From: Eimeria praecox
Lineage: Eukaryota
Reading direction: 5' to 3'
Length of the DNA stretch: 64,000 bases
Assembly (NCBI GenBank): GCA_963920595.1
Contig: OY986950.1
Coordinates: 124,001 to 188,000 of the forward strand
The translations under genes and the position numbers were made by a program. Position 1 is the first letter of the stretch. Each line of letters starts with the position of its first letter. Shown here one piece after another: positions 27,261-40,200 of the stretch. The notes beneath the pieces are model-generated. The model ran no database searches and had not been told where the DNA came from. It saw nothing but the letters and a program-made list of their open reading frames with translations.

Positions 27261-29249
27261 CCATTTCTATAGGAAGCATCGCATTCCGTCAAGAACCATC
27301 CATTCTCAGCGGAATCAAAGCCAGGCTCAACACACACCAAGCTTAACTAGTTGCATTCGCAAGACCCACTTCAACTACCGCAGCCCAGAAACATCGACCG
27401 TCCGTCCCCACCGTGAAGTGTTCGCGTTCCAGTGTGCAACGGAAGGAAAGGAGACAGAATGCCCTGATTGGGTTCACCCGTAGCCTGCGATGTTGGCAGC
27501 ATATCACAGGTGAGGGTCTCGCAAATGCAAAAGGTCGCAGCTTGCTCCGCAATCACTTACAAAGTGCTTGTCGTTCTACTGAGTCGTCCAGGCAGGGGGA
27601 GGCGCAGCTGCAGCGGTGTGCGGCCTTGGGTGTTTATTGCTGCACGCATGCATCCAATGCTGCTAGTATTTTATTTGCCCTAAATAGCTCGGGCGCTAAC
27701 TGTGGCATGCATGCAAGCGTTTATGCACATAGACACACTTTCTAACACAGCATAGTAGGAGTGCTCCAGTGAAGGCGACAAGTGTTGCCCATGCAGCACT
27801 TCCACAAGCATCCACACCAAATGTGCCAATATCTACGCTGTAAGCCGCATATCCGTGCCAGTGAACCTGAACCTATTTGCTGACCATCCGGTTCATGCTT
27901 CTTTGCTGTTCAATACGTCCTACGCACAACTCAGGTATTCGGCTAACAGCCAAAGCAAAAGCTGCCTGAACACGGTGCTTATCTACGGCAATGTGCGCCG
28001 CTTCTTCTTCGTCTCCTAGCCTGTGGTTCCAACGCTGTACACCAGCCTCTAGTAGCATGCCCCCTCAAACGAATATCAACACGGAGAGGAATTATTGAAT
28101 AATTTGTGCTTTTCTTTGCGCTTGCGTGCTGGGCCATTAGCTGCGGAACACCTGGCATTGCTGCCCGAGCGTCGAAGATCCAGCTTTCACTCAAGATGTG
28201 GGCCGGAGACATACAAAACCCTATGCCGTCAGGAAGGCATATCCCCTAGCCTTGTATCCTAAGTTACCTTCTGTATGGACGTGGGTGTGAGTTGCCATGC
28301 AGCACACACCAGTATGTTGAACGGCTTCTCGCCCACAGCCTTCCACATGGTGCCTGCTGAACTCTTCCTTTTGATGTGGCCCCACGTAGACGTGTATGCA
28401 AAGGTTCCTTGCAAAGTGACCAGGCATGAATTCGTTGGATGCCGCCACAAACAAGTAATGCATGCCTGGCACAACCTGTCCCCTGAGATTCGCGGGAAAC
28501 GGCGTCATCGAAAGCCCTGCCAACTAAAGAGACGGCCTTCACGTGTTGTGCATCGTCCTTCACCGGACCATGTTTTCGACTTCGCAAGCCGCCTGCAGAT
28601 CGAGCAGTTCCAGGCAGCGCTGACTCTTCTCTCCACCACGAGCTCGCGAACTACGTTACACAATCTATCATTAAAAGACGCGCCCCCACATGATTTATGC
28701 CTGCACACTGCGTAGCAAGAGCGCACTATCTGCATGTCGGCAACAGCTGCGGCAACACGGCGGCTTACGTGCATTTTCCAGTATCACAAGCGCCTGCCTT
28801 TCGGGTATAGTCCAAACACCAGCGTGCAGTCAGCCTAACCCAGGCAAAATTGATAGGGTTGCTGACGAGATCGTACAGCAAATAGACACAAAATAAAAGC
28901 TGCAGTCAAATCTACATCAACTCCCCATCCAGCAGACATAAGCCTATCCTAGCATCTAAGTAGAGGCTAGTCACACTCCTCCCAGAACGCATGCAAGATA
29001 CGTCGCTATGTTTGCGAGGGCTAATTGCCTCTGTTTTGTTCCATCTGGGGCCCCCTGATCCACCGCAAGCAGAAGCTAAGACCACACTGCCGCATCGATT
29101 CCTACTAAATGCTAAGGGCACAATGGCCCATGGATACTGCTTGTCGAGCACCAGTGGCGTCAGGAAAACGCTGTATCGCATCCTGTGGTCATGTATGCCT
29201 TTCACGAGGCTCCGCACTGCCTAGCCGCAATTGTCCCCCGGCCGCATAC

Positions 29250-29490
29250 AACCCCACCGTACTTGCCAGCACCGAAAACGGGAAGCAGGCATGATCCTCT
29301 CCAGCGCACACCAGCTGCTGCCCGCACACCTGATCTACATATAAAGGGAACGTCACACCTGAACAACTCCTTGGTCCTTGAGCACGATGCTCTTGAACCG
29401 CTATCGGTACCCCGGCATACACGTATTCGGGAGCACCCACCAGCAAACCGTAATCACATGCTCCAAACAGGCGCAGCTCAACTATCATGG
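29250..29490 (-). pseudogene. RNase H N-terminal remnant of the block C unit
   Basis: ORF 29189..29488 LFGACDYGLLVGAPEYVYAGVPIAVQEHRAQGPRS...FPLYVDQ resembles TDASDYAIGAVLEQxGxPIAF...YxIYDQELLA. Confidence 0.65.
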
Positions 29491-32400
29491 TGCATCATTT
29501 TCACACCGCCTACCTGTGTTCCAGCGTCTTACAAGAGCCCGACCTCTGCTTGCCACTCCACGAAACTTCTTTGCCTCCACAGTAGAATGTTCGTCCGGTA
29601 GCCGCATGCGCTCCCTTCGCAGAAACAAGCAGTGAGACCAACCTTGCTCCACCCTGCTAGGTTGCGCACCACTCCGTTGGTGTGGCGAGGGTTCCAGCCT
29701 ACACTTGCTTGTCTCAGTGGTTTCCCTAACCATAAACACGGGCCGGGACCCACTGAATTAAACCCACACAGCCCGAGACTCATAAACGTTCCCTTCGAGC
29801 CATAGATTTGATTCAAATTCCTTCAAGAGCGAGAGCCTGCCGCCGCTGCCGCTGCTCAGCTTATGCCATGCTGCTAATCTCCACGCACTTTCTGATGTCG
29901 TGTGCAATCAACCAAATGCCACTAAGCCGCCAGTGCATGTAACGAGTTCAACGCATCTGCAAGTCTCCAACTGAACTTCTACTGCAGTTGCTCGTCCTCT
30001 ACCCACAAAAAAGCACACAGTGAACCGAATCGATCCACGGATGTGTGCGCAAAGGCCTAAATACGTGGGCTGCAGTCGTCTTGGTACAAGCACCCTCGAA
30101 AGCCTTTAGCTGTCTGGCTGAAAACGCCTCCACAAAGGCGTAATTTAAGCGCAATTTAAGCAGGCATAGACCAGACCATTAGCCTTAGCCCTAGCGCATC
30201 GAGCAGGTGCCATTAATGATCAAGCGCATGCCACCGTATCCTCTCATCTATCGCAGCTGCGGTTTCCCAGTCAACGCAGACGAAAGCTCAAAACTCATCG
30301 ACTGAAAATGCGGGTGCTACCCAACGTGTACGCTAATGCGCCTGCAGCACGGCGCCAATCTCAACAAGGGAACAGCAGTCATAATGCGGACCTACTCATT
30401 TGTAGGCGTATTGCAAAACAACAAGGTGCCCTATACATGCCAGTTGATGTGCCTGCTGCTCGAAGTAGAACCAATAGCAGCCTTTGGCCAAAGGCAAATG
30501 GCACTAACAGGCCGAAACCATAACTGGCACATGCGATTGGAACTCCACAGTGCTCTGCCCTCTGATACGCGCTTCCCAAAGGCCACGTCGAACAAACTCT
30601 CATTGACAATGAGCATGCCCGCACTTTCTGCAACAGAGGCGCGGAAACCTAAAGAACGTGATACGCACACCCTCTTGCTGCTGAATTGATGCAATCCTCT
30701 GCAGCTCGCGTCCATATAGTGCTTCCACAAAGCAGCCTGCAGGCCATGTCAGCAGAGCATGCCTCGCCATGCTCTGTGTACCAAGCATTTGCTTGCTGCT
30801 GCTCAAGACCTACAATTGCTATTCGTCGATTTGTAACACCGCAACAGGGCAAACGATTACATGCCGCTCCAAACAGCGCATCCGCAGCAGCTTTACTGCC
30901 TCCACATTTCCATGCAGCTGCAGAAAGCGTGCTTTGGTCCAGCGGCCTCCCAACTGCACATCCCATGGCAAACGCATTTAACGAAATCACCAGGTCTACC
31001 TTAGGAGACGCCTTGCTAGAGATCTGTCGCCCATGAGAGAATCTTCCCAAGCACTCCACTGCCACTGTGCACTCGCTTTTATGCCTTCTTCTACAAAACA
31101 TAGAAATCCAGCTTCCCTGCCACGTTGAGACGCGAAACAGCACCTATGCAAAAGGCAAATTCCTCTCCCGACTCAAGCAAAAGTGTGCCATTCCCTTAGG
31201 ACATCACAACCCGCAGGAATTCCTGTCCTTGCTACAGCTGTATGGCCCAACTCTGCAATAGATGGCATACCGTGTGCCCGATGCTGGTTGGCCCATCTAA
31301 GCTGCTTCTTAGTCGACCAAACAGGCTCGACAAAAGCACTCCATTAAATTCTCACATAAATGCGACTCACAAGCTGCTCGCAATGCCACCTATCGTTGCT
31401 CCAGAGGACGTAATCGACGCCATGAACACAGTGAACCGGGCCTCCATCCCCATGAGCAGCAGGGTAGACCAAGTACAGGGAAGGCCACGTACTCCCCATC
31501 CAATAAACCCCTTCCCTGCCCCGGCGCACTAAGTTGTAAGTGCCGCCTCACGCGCATCACCAAGGGGGCGAAACACTAACACATAAAGGCCATTTCTATA
31601 GGAAGCATCGCATTCCGTCAAGAACCATCCATTCTCAGCGGAATCAAAGCCAGGCTCAACACACACCAAGCTTAACTAGTTGCATTCGCAAGACCCACTT
31701 CAACTACCGCAGCCCAGAAACATCGACCGTCCGTCCCCACCGTGAAGTGTTCGCGTTCCAGTGTGCAACGGAAGGAAAGGAGACAGAATGCCCTGATTGG
31801 GTTCACCCGTAGCCTGCGATGTTGGCAGCATATCACAGGTGAGGGTCTCGCAAATGCAAAAGGTCGCAGCTTGCTCCGCAATCACTTACAAAGTGCTTGT
31901 CGTTCTACTGAGTCGTCCAGGCAGGGGGAGGCGCAGCTGCAGCGGTGTGCGGCCTTGGGTGTTTATTGCTGCACGCATGCATCCAATGCTGCTAGTATTT
32001 TATTTGCCCTAAATAGCTCGGGCGCTAACTGTGGCATGCATGCAAGCGTTTATGCACATAGACACACTTTCTAACACAGCATAGTAGGAGTGCTCCAGTG
32101 AAGGCGACAAGTGTTGCCCATGCAGCGCTTCCACAAGTATCCACACCAAATGTGCCAATATCTACGCTGTAAGCCGCATATCCGTGCCAGTGAACCTGAA
32201 CCTATTTGCTGACCATCCGGTTCATGCTTCTTTGCTGTTCAATACGTCCTACGCACAACTCAGGTATTCGGCTAACAGCCAAAGCAAAAGCTGCCTGAAC
32301 ACGGTGCTTATCTACGGCAATGTGCGCTGCTTCTTCTTCGTCTCCTAGCCTGTGGTTCCAACGCTGTACACCAGCCTCTAGTAGCATGCCCCCTCAAACG

Positions 32401-35400
32401 AATATCAACACGGAGAGGAATTATTGAATAATTTGTGCTTTTCTTTGCGCTTGCGTGCTGGGCCATTAGCTGCGGAACACCTGGCATTGCTGCCCGAGCG
32501 TCGAAGATCCAGCTTTCACTCAAGATGTGGGCCGGAGACATACAAAACCCTATGCCGTCAGGAAGGCATATCCCCTAGCCTTGTATCCTAAGTTACCTTC
32601 TGTATGGACGTGGGTGTGAGTTGCCATGCAGCACACACCAGTATGTTGAACGGCTTCTCGCCCACAGCCTTCCACATGGTGCCTGCTGAACTCTTCCTTT
32701 TGATGTGGCCCCACGTAGACGTGTATGCAAAGGTTCCTTGCAAAGTCACCAGGCATGAATTCGTTGGATGCCGCCACAAACAAGTAATGCATGCCTGGCA
32801 CAACCTGTCCCCTGAGATTCGCGGGAAACGGCGTCATCGAAAGCCCTGCCAACTAAAGAGACGGCCTTCACGTGTTGTGCATCGTCCTTCACCGGACCAT
32901 GTTTTCGACTTCGCAAGCCGCCTGCAGATCGAGCACTTCCAGGCAGCGCTGACTCTTCTCTCCACCACGAGCTCGCGAACTACGTTACACAATCTATCAT
33001 TAAAAGACGCGCCCCCACATGATTTATGCCTGCACACTGCGTAGCAAGAGCGCACTATCTGCATGTCGGCAACAGCTGCGGCAACACGGCGGCTTACGTG
33101 CATTTTCCAGTATCACAAGCGCCTGCCTTTCGGGTATAGTCCAAACACCAGCGTGCAGTCAGCCTAACCCAGGCAAAATTGATAGGGTTGCTGACGAGAT
33201 CGTACAGCAAATAGACACAAAATAAAAGCTGCAGTCAAACCTACATCAACTCCCCATCCAGCAGACATAAGCCTATCCTAGCATCTAAGTAGAGGCTAGT
33301 CACACTCCTCCCAGAACGCATGCAAGATACGTCGCTATGTTTGCGAGGGCTAATTGCCTCTGTTTTGTTCCATCTGGGGCCCCCTGATCCACCGCAAGCA
33401 GAAGCTAAGACCACACTGCCGCATCGATTCCTACTAAATGCTAAGGGCACAATGGCCCATGGATACTGCTTGTCGAGCACCAGTGGCGTCAGGAAAACGC
33501 TGTATCGCATCCTGTGGTCATGTATGCCTTTCACGAGGCTCCGCACTGCCTAGCCGCAATTGTCCCCCGGCCGCATACAACCCCACCGTACTTGCCAGCA
33601 CCGAAAACGGGAAGCAGGCATGATCCTCTCCAGCGCACACCAGCTGCTGCCCGCACACCTGATCTACATATAAAGGGAACGTCACACCTGAACAACTCCT
33701 TGGTCCTTGAGCACGATGCTCTTGAACCGCTATCGGTACCCCGGCATACACGTATTCGGGAGCACCCACCAGCAAACCGTAATCACATGCTCCAAACAGG
33801 CGCAGCTCAACTATCATGGTGCATCATTTTCACACCGCCTACCTGTGTTCCAGCGTCTTACAAGAGCCCGACCTCTGCTTGCCACTCCACGAAACTTCTT
33901 TGCCTCCACAGTAGAATGTTCGTCCGGTAGCCGCATGCGCTCCCTTCGCAGAAACAAGCAGTGAGACCAACCTTGCTCCACCCTGCTAGGTTGCGCACCA
34001 CTCCGTTGGTGTGGCGAGGGTTCCAGCCTACACTTGCTTGTCTCAGTGGTTTCCCTAACCATAAACACGGGCCGGGACCCACTGAATTAAACCCACACAG
34101 CCCGAGACTCATAAACGTTCCCTTCGAGCCATAGATTTGATTCAAATTCCTTCAAGAGCGAGAGCCTGCCGCCGCTGCCGGTGCTCAGCTTATTCCATGC
34201 TGCTAATCTCCACGCACTTCCTGATGTCGTGTGCAATCAACCAAATGCAACTCAGCCGCCAGTGCATGTAACGAGTTCAACGCATCTGCAAGTCTCCAAC
34301 TGAACTTCTACTGCAGTTGCTCGTCCTCTACCCACAAAAAAGCACACAGTGAACCGAATCGATCCACGGATGTGTGCGCAAAGGCCTAAATACGTGGGCT
34401 GCAGTCGTCTTGGTACAAGCACCCTCGAAAGCCTTTAGCTGTCTGGCTGAAAACGCCTCCACAAAGGCGTAATTTAAGCGCAATTTAAGCAGGCATAGAC
34501 CAGACCATTAGCCTTAGCCCTAGCGCATCGAGCAGGTGCCATTAATGATCAAGCGCATGCCACCGTATCCTCTCATCTATCGCAGCTGCGGTTTCCCAGT
34601 CAACGCAGACGAAAGCTCAAAACTCATCGACTGAAACTGCGGGTGCTACCCAACGTGTACGCTAATGCGCCTGCAGCACGGCGCCAATCTCAACAAGGGA
34701 ACAGCAGTCATAATGCGGACCTACTCATTTGTAGGCGTATTGCAAAACAACAAGGTACCCTATACATGCCAGTTGATGTGAGCTAGCAAAGGCCTGCTGC
34801 TCGAAGTAGAACCAATAGCAGCCTTTGGCCAAAGGCAAATGGCACTAACAGGCCGAAACCATAACTGGCACATGCGATTGGAACTCCACAGTGCTCTGTC
34901 CTCTGATACCCGCTTCCCAAAGGCCACGTCGAACAAACTCTCATTGACAATGAGCATGCCCGCACTTTCTGCAACAGAGGCGCGGAAACCTAAAGAACGT
35001 GATACGCACACCCTCTTGCTGCTGAATTGATGCAATCCTCTGCAGCTCGCGTCCATATAGTGCTTCCACAAAGCAGCCTGCAGGCCATGTCAGCAGAGCA
35101 TGCCTCGCCATGCTCTGTGTACCAAGCATTTGCTTGCTGCTGCTCAAGACCTACAATTGCTATTCGTCGATTCGTAACACCGCAACAGGGCAAACGATTA
35201 CATGCCGCTCCAAACAGCGCATCCGCAGCAGCTTTACTGCCTCCACATTTCCATGCAGCTGCAGAAAGCGTGCTTTGGTCCAGCGGCCTCCCAACTGCAC
35301 ATCCCATGGCAAACGCATTTAACGAAATCACCAGGTCTACCTTAGGAGACGCCTTGCTAGAGATCTGTCGCCCATGAGAGAATCTTCCCAAGCACTCCAC

Positions 35401-35424
35401 TGCCACTGTGCACTCGCTTTTATG

Positions 35425-36135
35425 CCTTCTTCTACAAAACATAGAAATCCAGCTTCCCTGCCACGTTGAGACGCGAAACAGCACCTATGCAAAAGGCAAA
35501 TTCCTCTCCCGACTCAAGCAAAAGTGTGCCATTCCCTTAGGACATCACAACCCGCAGGAATTTCTGTCCTTGCTACAGCTGTATGGCCCAACTCTGCAAT
35601 AGATGGCATACCGTGTGCCCGATGCTGGTTGGCCCATCTAAGCTGCTTCTTAGTCGACCAAACAGGCTCGACAAAAGCACTCCATTAAATTCTCACATAA
35701 ATGCGACTCACAAGCTGCTCGCAACGCCGCCTATTGCTGCTCTAGAATGCGCAATAGACGCCTGGCACCTGCTTTGAAGCCGTCTTCTACAAAACATAGA
35801 AATCCAGCTTCCCTGCCACGTCGAAACGCGAACCAGCACCTACGCAAAAGGCAAATTCCTCTCCCGACTCACGCAAAACTGTGCCGTTCCCTTAGGACTT
35901 CACAACCCGGAGGAATTCCTGTCCTTGCTACAGCTGTATGGCCCAACTCTGCAATAGCTGGCATACCGTGTGCCCGATGCTGGTTGACCCATCTAAGCCG
36001 CTACTCAGTCGACCAAACAGGCTCGACAAAAGCACTCCATTAAATTCTCACATAAATGCGACTCACAAGCTGCTCGCAATGCCACCTATCGTTGCTCCAG
36101 AGGACGTAATCGACGCCATGAACACAGTGAATCGG
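35425..36135. repeat. Internal ~355 bp tandem duplication in the protease region (again at ~49115-49820)
   Basis: tcttctacaaaacatagaaatccagcttccctgccacg occurs at ~35428 and ~35783. ORFs 35583 and 35938 are offset by 355. The same structure recurs 13.69 kb later. Confidence 0.9.
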
Positions 36136-37209
36136 GACTCCATCCCCATGAGCAGCAGGGTAGACCAAGTACAGGGAAGGCTACGTACTCCCCATCCAAT
36201 AAACCCCTTCCCTACCCCGGCGCACTAAGTTGTAAGTGCCGCCTCACGCGCATCACCAAGGGGGCGAAACACTAATGCACAAAGGCAGTTTCCATAGGAA
36301 GCATCGCATTCCGTCACGAATCATCTATTCTCAGTGAAATCAAAGCCAGACTCAACACAAACCAAGCTTAACTAGTTGCATTTGCAAGACCCACTTCAGC
36401 CACCACAGCCCAGAACGATAAGCCTCCTCCTTGCTGGCTCAACGCACAGCAAAAGGTGATTGCAAATACATGAAAAAGATACATCCGTCCCCACCGTGAA
36501 GTGTTCGCGTTCCAGTGTGCAACGGAAGGAAAGGAGACAGAATGCCCTGATTGGGTTCACCCGTAGCCTGCGATGTTGGCAGCATATCACAGGTGAGGGT
36601 CTCGCAAATGCAAAAGGTCGCAGCTTGCTCCGCAATCACTTACAAAGTGCTTGTCGTTCTACTGAGTCGTCCAGGCAGGGGGAGGCGCAGCTGCAGCGGT
36701 GTGCGGCCTTGGGTGTTTATTGCTGCACGCATGCATCCAATGCTGCTAGTATTTTATTTGCCCTAAATAGCTCGGGCGCTAACTGTGGCATGCATGCAAG
36801 CGTTTATGCACATAGACACACTTTCTAACACAGCATAGTAGGAGTGCTCCAGTGAAGGCGACAAGTGTTGCCCATGCAGCGCTTCCACAAGTATCCACAC
36901 CAAATGTGCCAATATCTACGTTGCAAGGCGCATATACTTGCCAGTGAACCTGAACCTATTTGCTGACCATCCGGTTCATGCTTCTTTGCTGTTCAATACG
37001 TCCTACACACAACTCAGGTATTCGGCTAACAGCCAAAGCAAAAGCTGCCTGAACACGGTGCTTATCTACGGCAATGTGCGCCGCTTCTTCTTCGTCTCCT
37101 AGCCTGTGGTTCCAACGCTGTACACCAGCCTCTAGTAGCATGCCCCCTCAAACGAATACCAACACGGGGAGGAATTATTGAGTAATTTGTGCTTTTCTTT
37201 GCTCTTGCA

Positions 37210-40200
37210 TGCTGGGCCATTAGCTGCGGAACATCTGGCATTGCTGCGCGAGCGTCGAAGATCCAGCTTTCACTCAAGATGTGGGCCGGAGACATACAAA
37301 ACCCTATGCCGTCAGGAAGGCATATCCCCTAGCCTTGTATCTTAACATACCTCCTGCAGCGACGTCAGTGTGAGGTATCGGGCAGCATATATCAGTTTAT
37401 TTAAAGGCGTTTGGCCCACAGCCTTCCACACGGTCCCTGCTGAACTCTTCCTTTTGATGTGGCCCCACGTAGTGTAAAACCTGCCCGGCACAGCCTGTCC
37501 TCTGAGATTCGCGGGAAACGTCGTCATCGAAAGCCCTGCCAACTAAAGAGACGGCCTTCACGTGTCGCGCATCGTCCCTCACCGGACCAAGCTTTCGAGT
37601 TCGCAAGCAGGCTGCAGATCGAGCAGTTCCAGGCAGCGCTGACTCTTCTCTCCACCACGAGCTCGCGAACTACGTTACACAATCTATCATTAGAAGATGC
37701 GTCCCAACATGATTTATGCCTGCACACTGCGTAGCAAGAGCCCACTGCCTGCATGTCGACAGCAGCTAAACCAGCACGACTGCCTGACGTAGAAAAGCGG
37801 CGCACGGAAGGACGCCCCAAACCAGTGCAAAACGACTACTGCGCGAACGCCTGATCTGCAAATGAAGGGAACGTCACACCCGAACAACTCCTTGGTCCTT
37901 GAGCACGATGCTGCTGAACCGCTATCGGTACCCCCGAATGCACGTATTCGGGAGCACCCACCAGCAAACCGTAATCACATGCTCCAAACAGGCGCAGCTC
38001 AACTATCATGGTGCATCATTTTCACACCGCCTACCTGTGTTCCAGCGTCTTACAAGAGCCCGACCTCTGCTTGCCACTCCACGAAACTTCTTTGCCTCCA
38101 CAGTAGAATGTTCGTCCGGTAGCCGCATGCGCTCCCTTCGCAGAAACAAGCAGTGAGACCAACCTTGCTCCACCCTGCTAGGTTGCGCACCACTCCGTTG
38201 GTGTGGCGAGGGTCCAAGCCTACACTTGCTTGTCTCAGTGGTTTCTCTAACCATAAATACGGGCCGGGACCCACTGAATTAAACCCACACAACCCGAGAC
38301 TCATAAACGTTCCCTTCGAGCCATAGATTTGATTCAAATTCCTTCAAGAGCGAGAGCCTGCCGCCGCTGCCGGTGCTCAGCTTATTCCATGCTGCTAATC
38401 TCCACGCACTTCCTGATGTCGTGTGCAATCAACCAAATGCCACTCAGCCGCCAGTGCATGTAACGAGTTCAACGCATCTGCAAGTCTCCAACTGAACTTC
38501 TACTGCAGTTGCTCGTCCTCTACCCACAGAAAAGCACACAGTGAACCGAATCGATCCACGGATGTGTGCGCAAAGGCCTAAATACGTGGGATGCAGTCGT
38601 CTTGGTACAAGCACCCTCGAAAGCCTTTAGCTGTCTGGCTGAAAACGCCTCCACAAAGGCGTAATTTAAGCGCAATCTAAGCAGGCATAGACCAGACCAT
38701 TAGCCTTAGCCCTAGCGCATCGAGCAGGCGCCATTAATGATCAAGCGCATGCCACCGTATCCTCTCATCTATCGCAGCTGCGATTTCCCAGTCAACGCAG
38801 ACGAAAGCTCAAAACTCGTCGACTGAAAATGCAGGCGCTACCCAACGTGTACGCGAATGCGCCTGCAGCACGGCGCCAGTCTCAACAAGGGAACAGCAGT
38901 CATAATGCGGACCTACTCATTTGTAGGCGTATTGCAAACCAACAAGGTACCTATACATGTCAGCTGATATGCGCTAGCAAATGCCAGTTCCTCAGGAGAT
39001 GGCACTTAGCAGCCTTTGGCCAAAGGCAAATGGCACCAACACAATCTCGCCACCATTAGTACATTGGGTCCAGCAGAAGCGATTAGCCTGTCGTTACCTT
39101 AACTGGCTTCTGCTCGGCTATGAGGAGTGAAGCATCTGGCGTTGCTATGTGGGTTGCATTTCTCCTTCTCCATGCACAGCAAATTAGCAGCATTAAGCTT
39201 TTATCTACTGCCTTTTCACGAGGAAGGTCCGCCAATTTTACAGCTTACCGCCTGCGCGCGTCCGGCATTGAATGTTCGGCATATAAGCAGACATCCTAAC
39301 ACAGCGTAGACGCAAGGCTGCAACTTAGGTCATATGCACCTGAAACCCCTAGCTATGGAATACGTGTCGCATTTGCAGTGCGTCCGCAAGTACTGAGACC
39401 ATTTATCCTAATGTCTACTCCAGCACCCGTTCATGCCCAGCAGCCCAACTGAAGCTGTCGGCTACCCATTCGGCAAATGAACGCCTGAATCTCACACCTT
39501 GATATTCCCTATCTAGTCTACGGCCTTCATCCTGGGCCATTAGCTGCGGAACATCTGGCATTGCTGCGCGAGCGTCGAAGATCCAGCTTTCACTCAAGAT
39601 GTGGGCCGGAGACATACAAAACCCTATGCCATCAGGAAGCGATATCCTCTAGCCTTGTATCTTAAGTTACCTTCTGTATGGACGTGGGTGTGAGTTGCCA
39701 TGCAGCACAAACCAGTATGTTGAACGGCTTCTGGCCCACAGCCTTCCACACGGTCCCTGCTGAACTCTTCCTTTTGATGTGGCCCCATGTAGTGTAAAAC
39801 CTGCTTGCAAAGTGACCAGGCATGAATTCGTTGGATGCCGCCGGAAGCACGTAAAGCATGCCCGGCACAGCCTGTCCTCTGAGATTCGCGGGAAACGTCG
39901 TCATCGAAAGCCCTGCCAACTAAAGAGACGGCCTTCACGTGTCGCGCATCTTCCCTCACCGGACCAAGCTTTCGAGTTCGCAAGCAGGCTGCAGATCGAG
40001 CAGTTCCAGGCAGCGCTGACTCTTCTCTCCACCACGAGCTCGCGAACTACGTTACACAATCTATCATTAGAAGATGCGTCCCAACATGATTTATGCCTGC
40101 ACACTGCGTAGCAAGAGCCCACTGCCTGCATGTCGACAGCAGCTAAACCAGCACGACTGCCTGACGTAGAAAAGCGGTGCACGGAAGGACGCCCCAAACC

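Larger units (their letters stand above)
19650..37200. repeat. Tandem block C, period ~4,329 bp: a diverged partial copy ~19650-21700, then ~3.5 near-identical units from ~22020
   Basis: ORF recurrences: 20178/22127/26440/30769/35110; 23559/27873/32202/36956; 25049/29378/33707. Offsets are 4313-4341, and exactly 4329 in the core. Confidence 0.95.
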
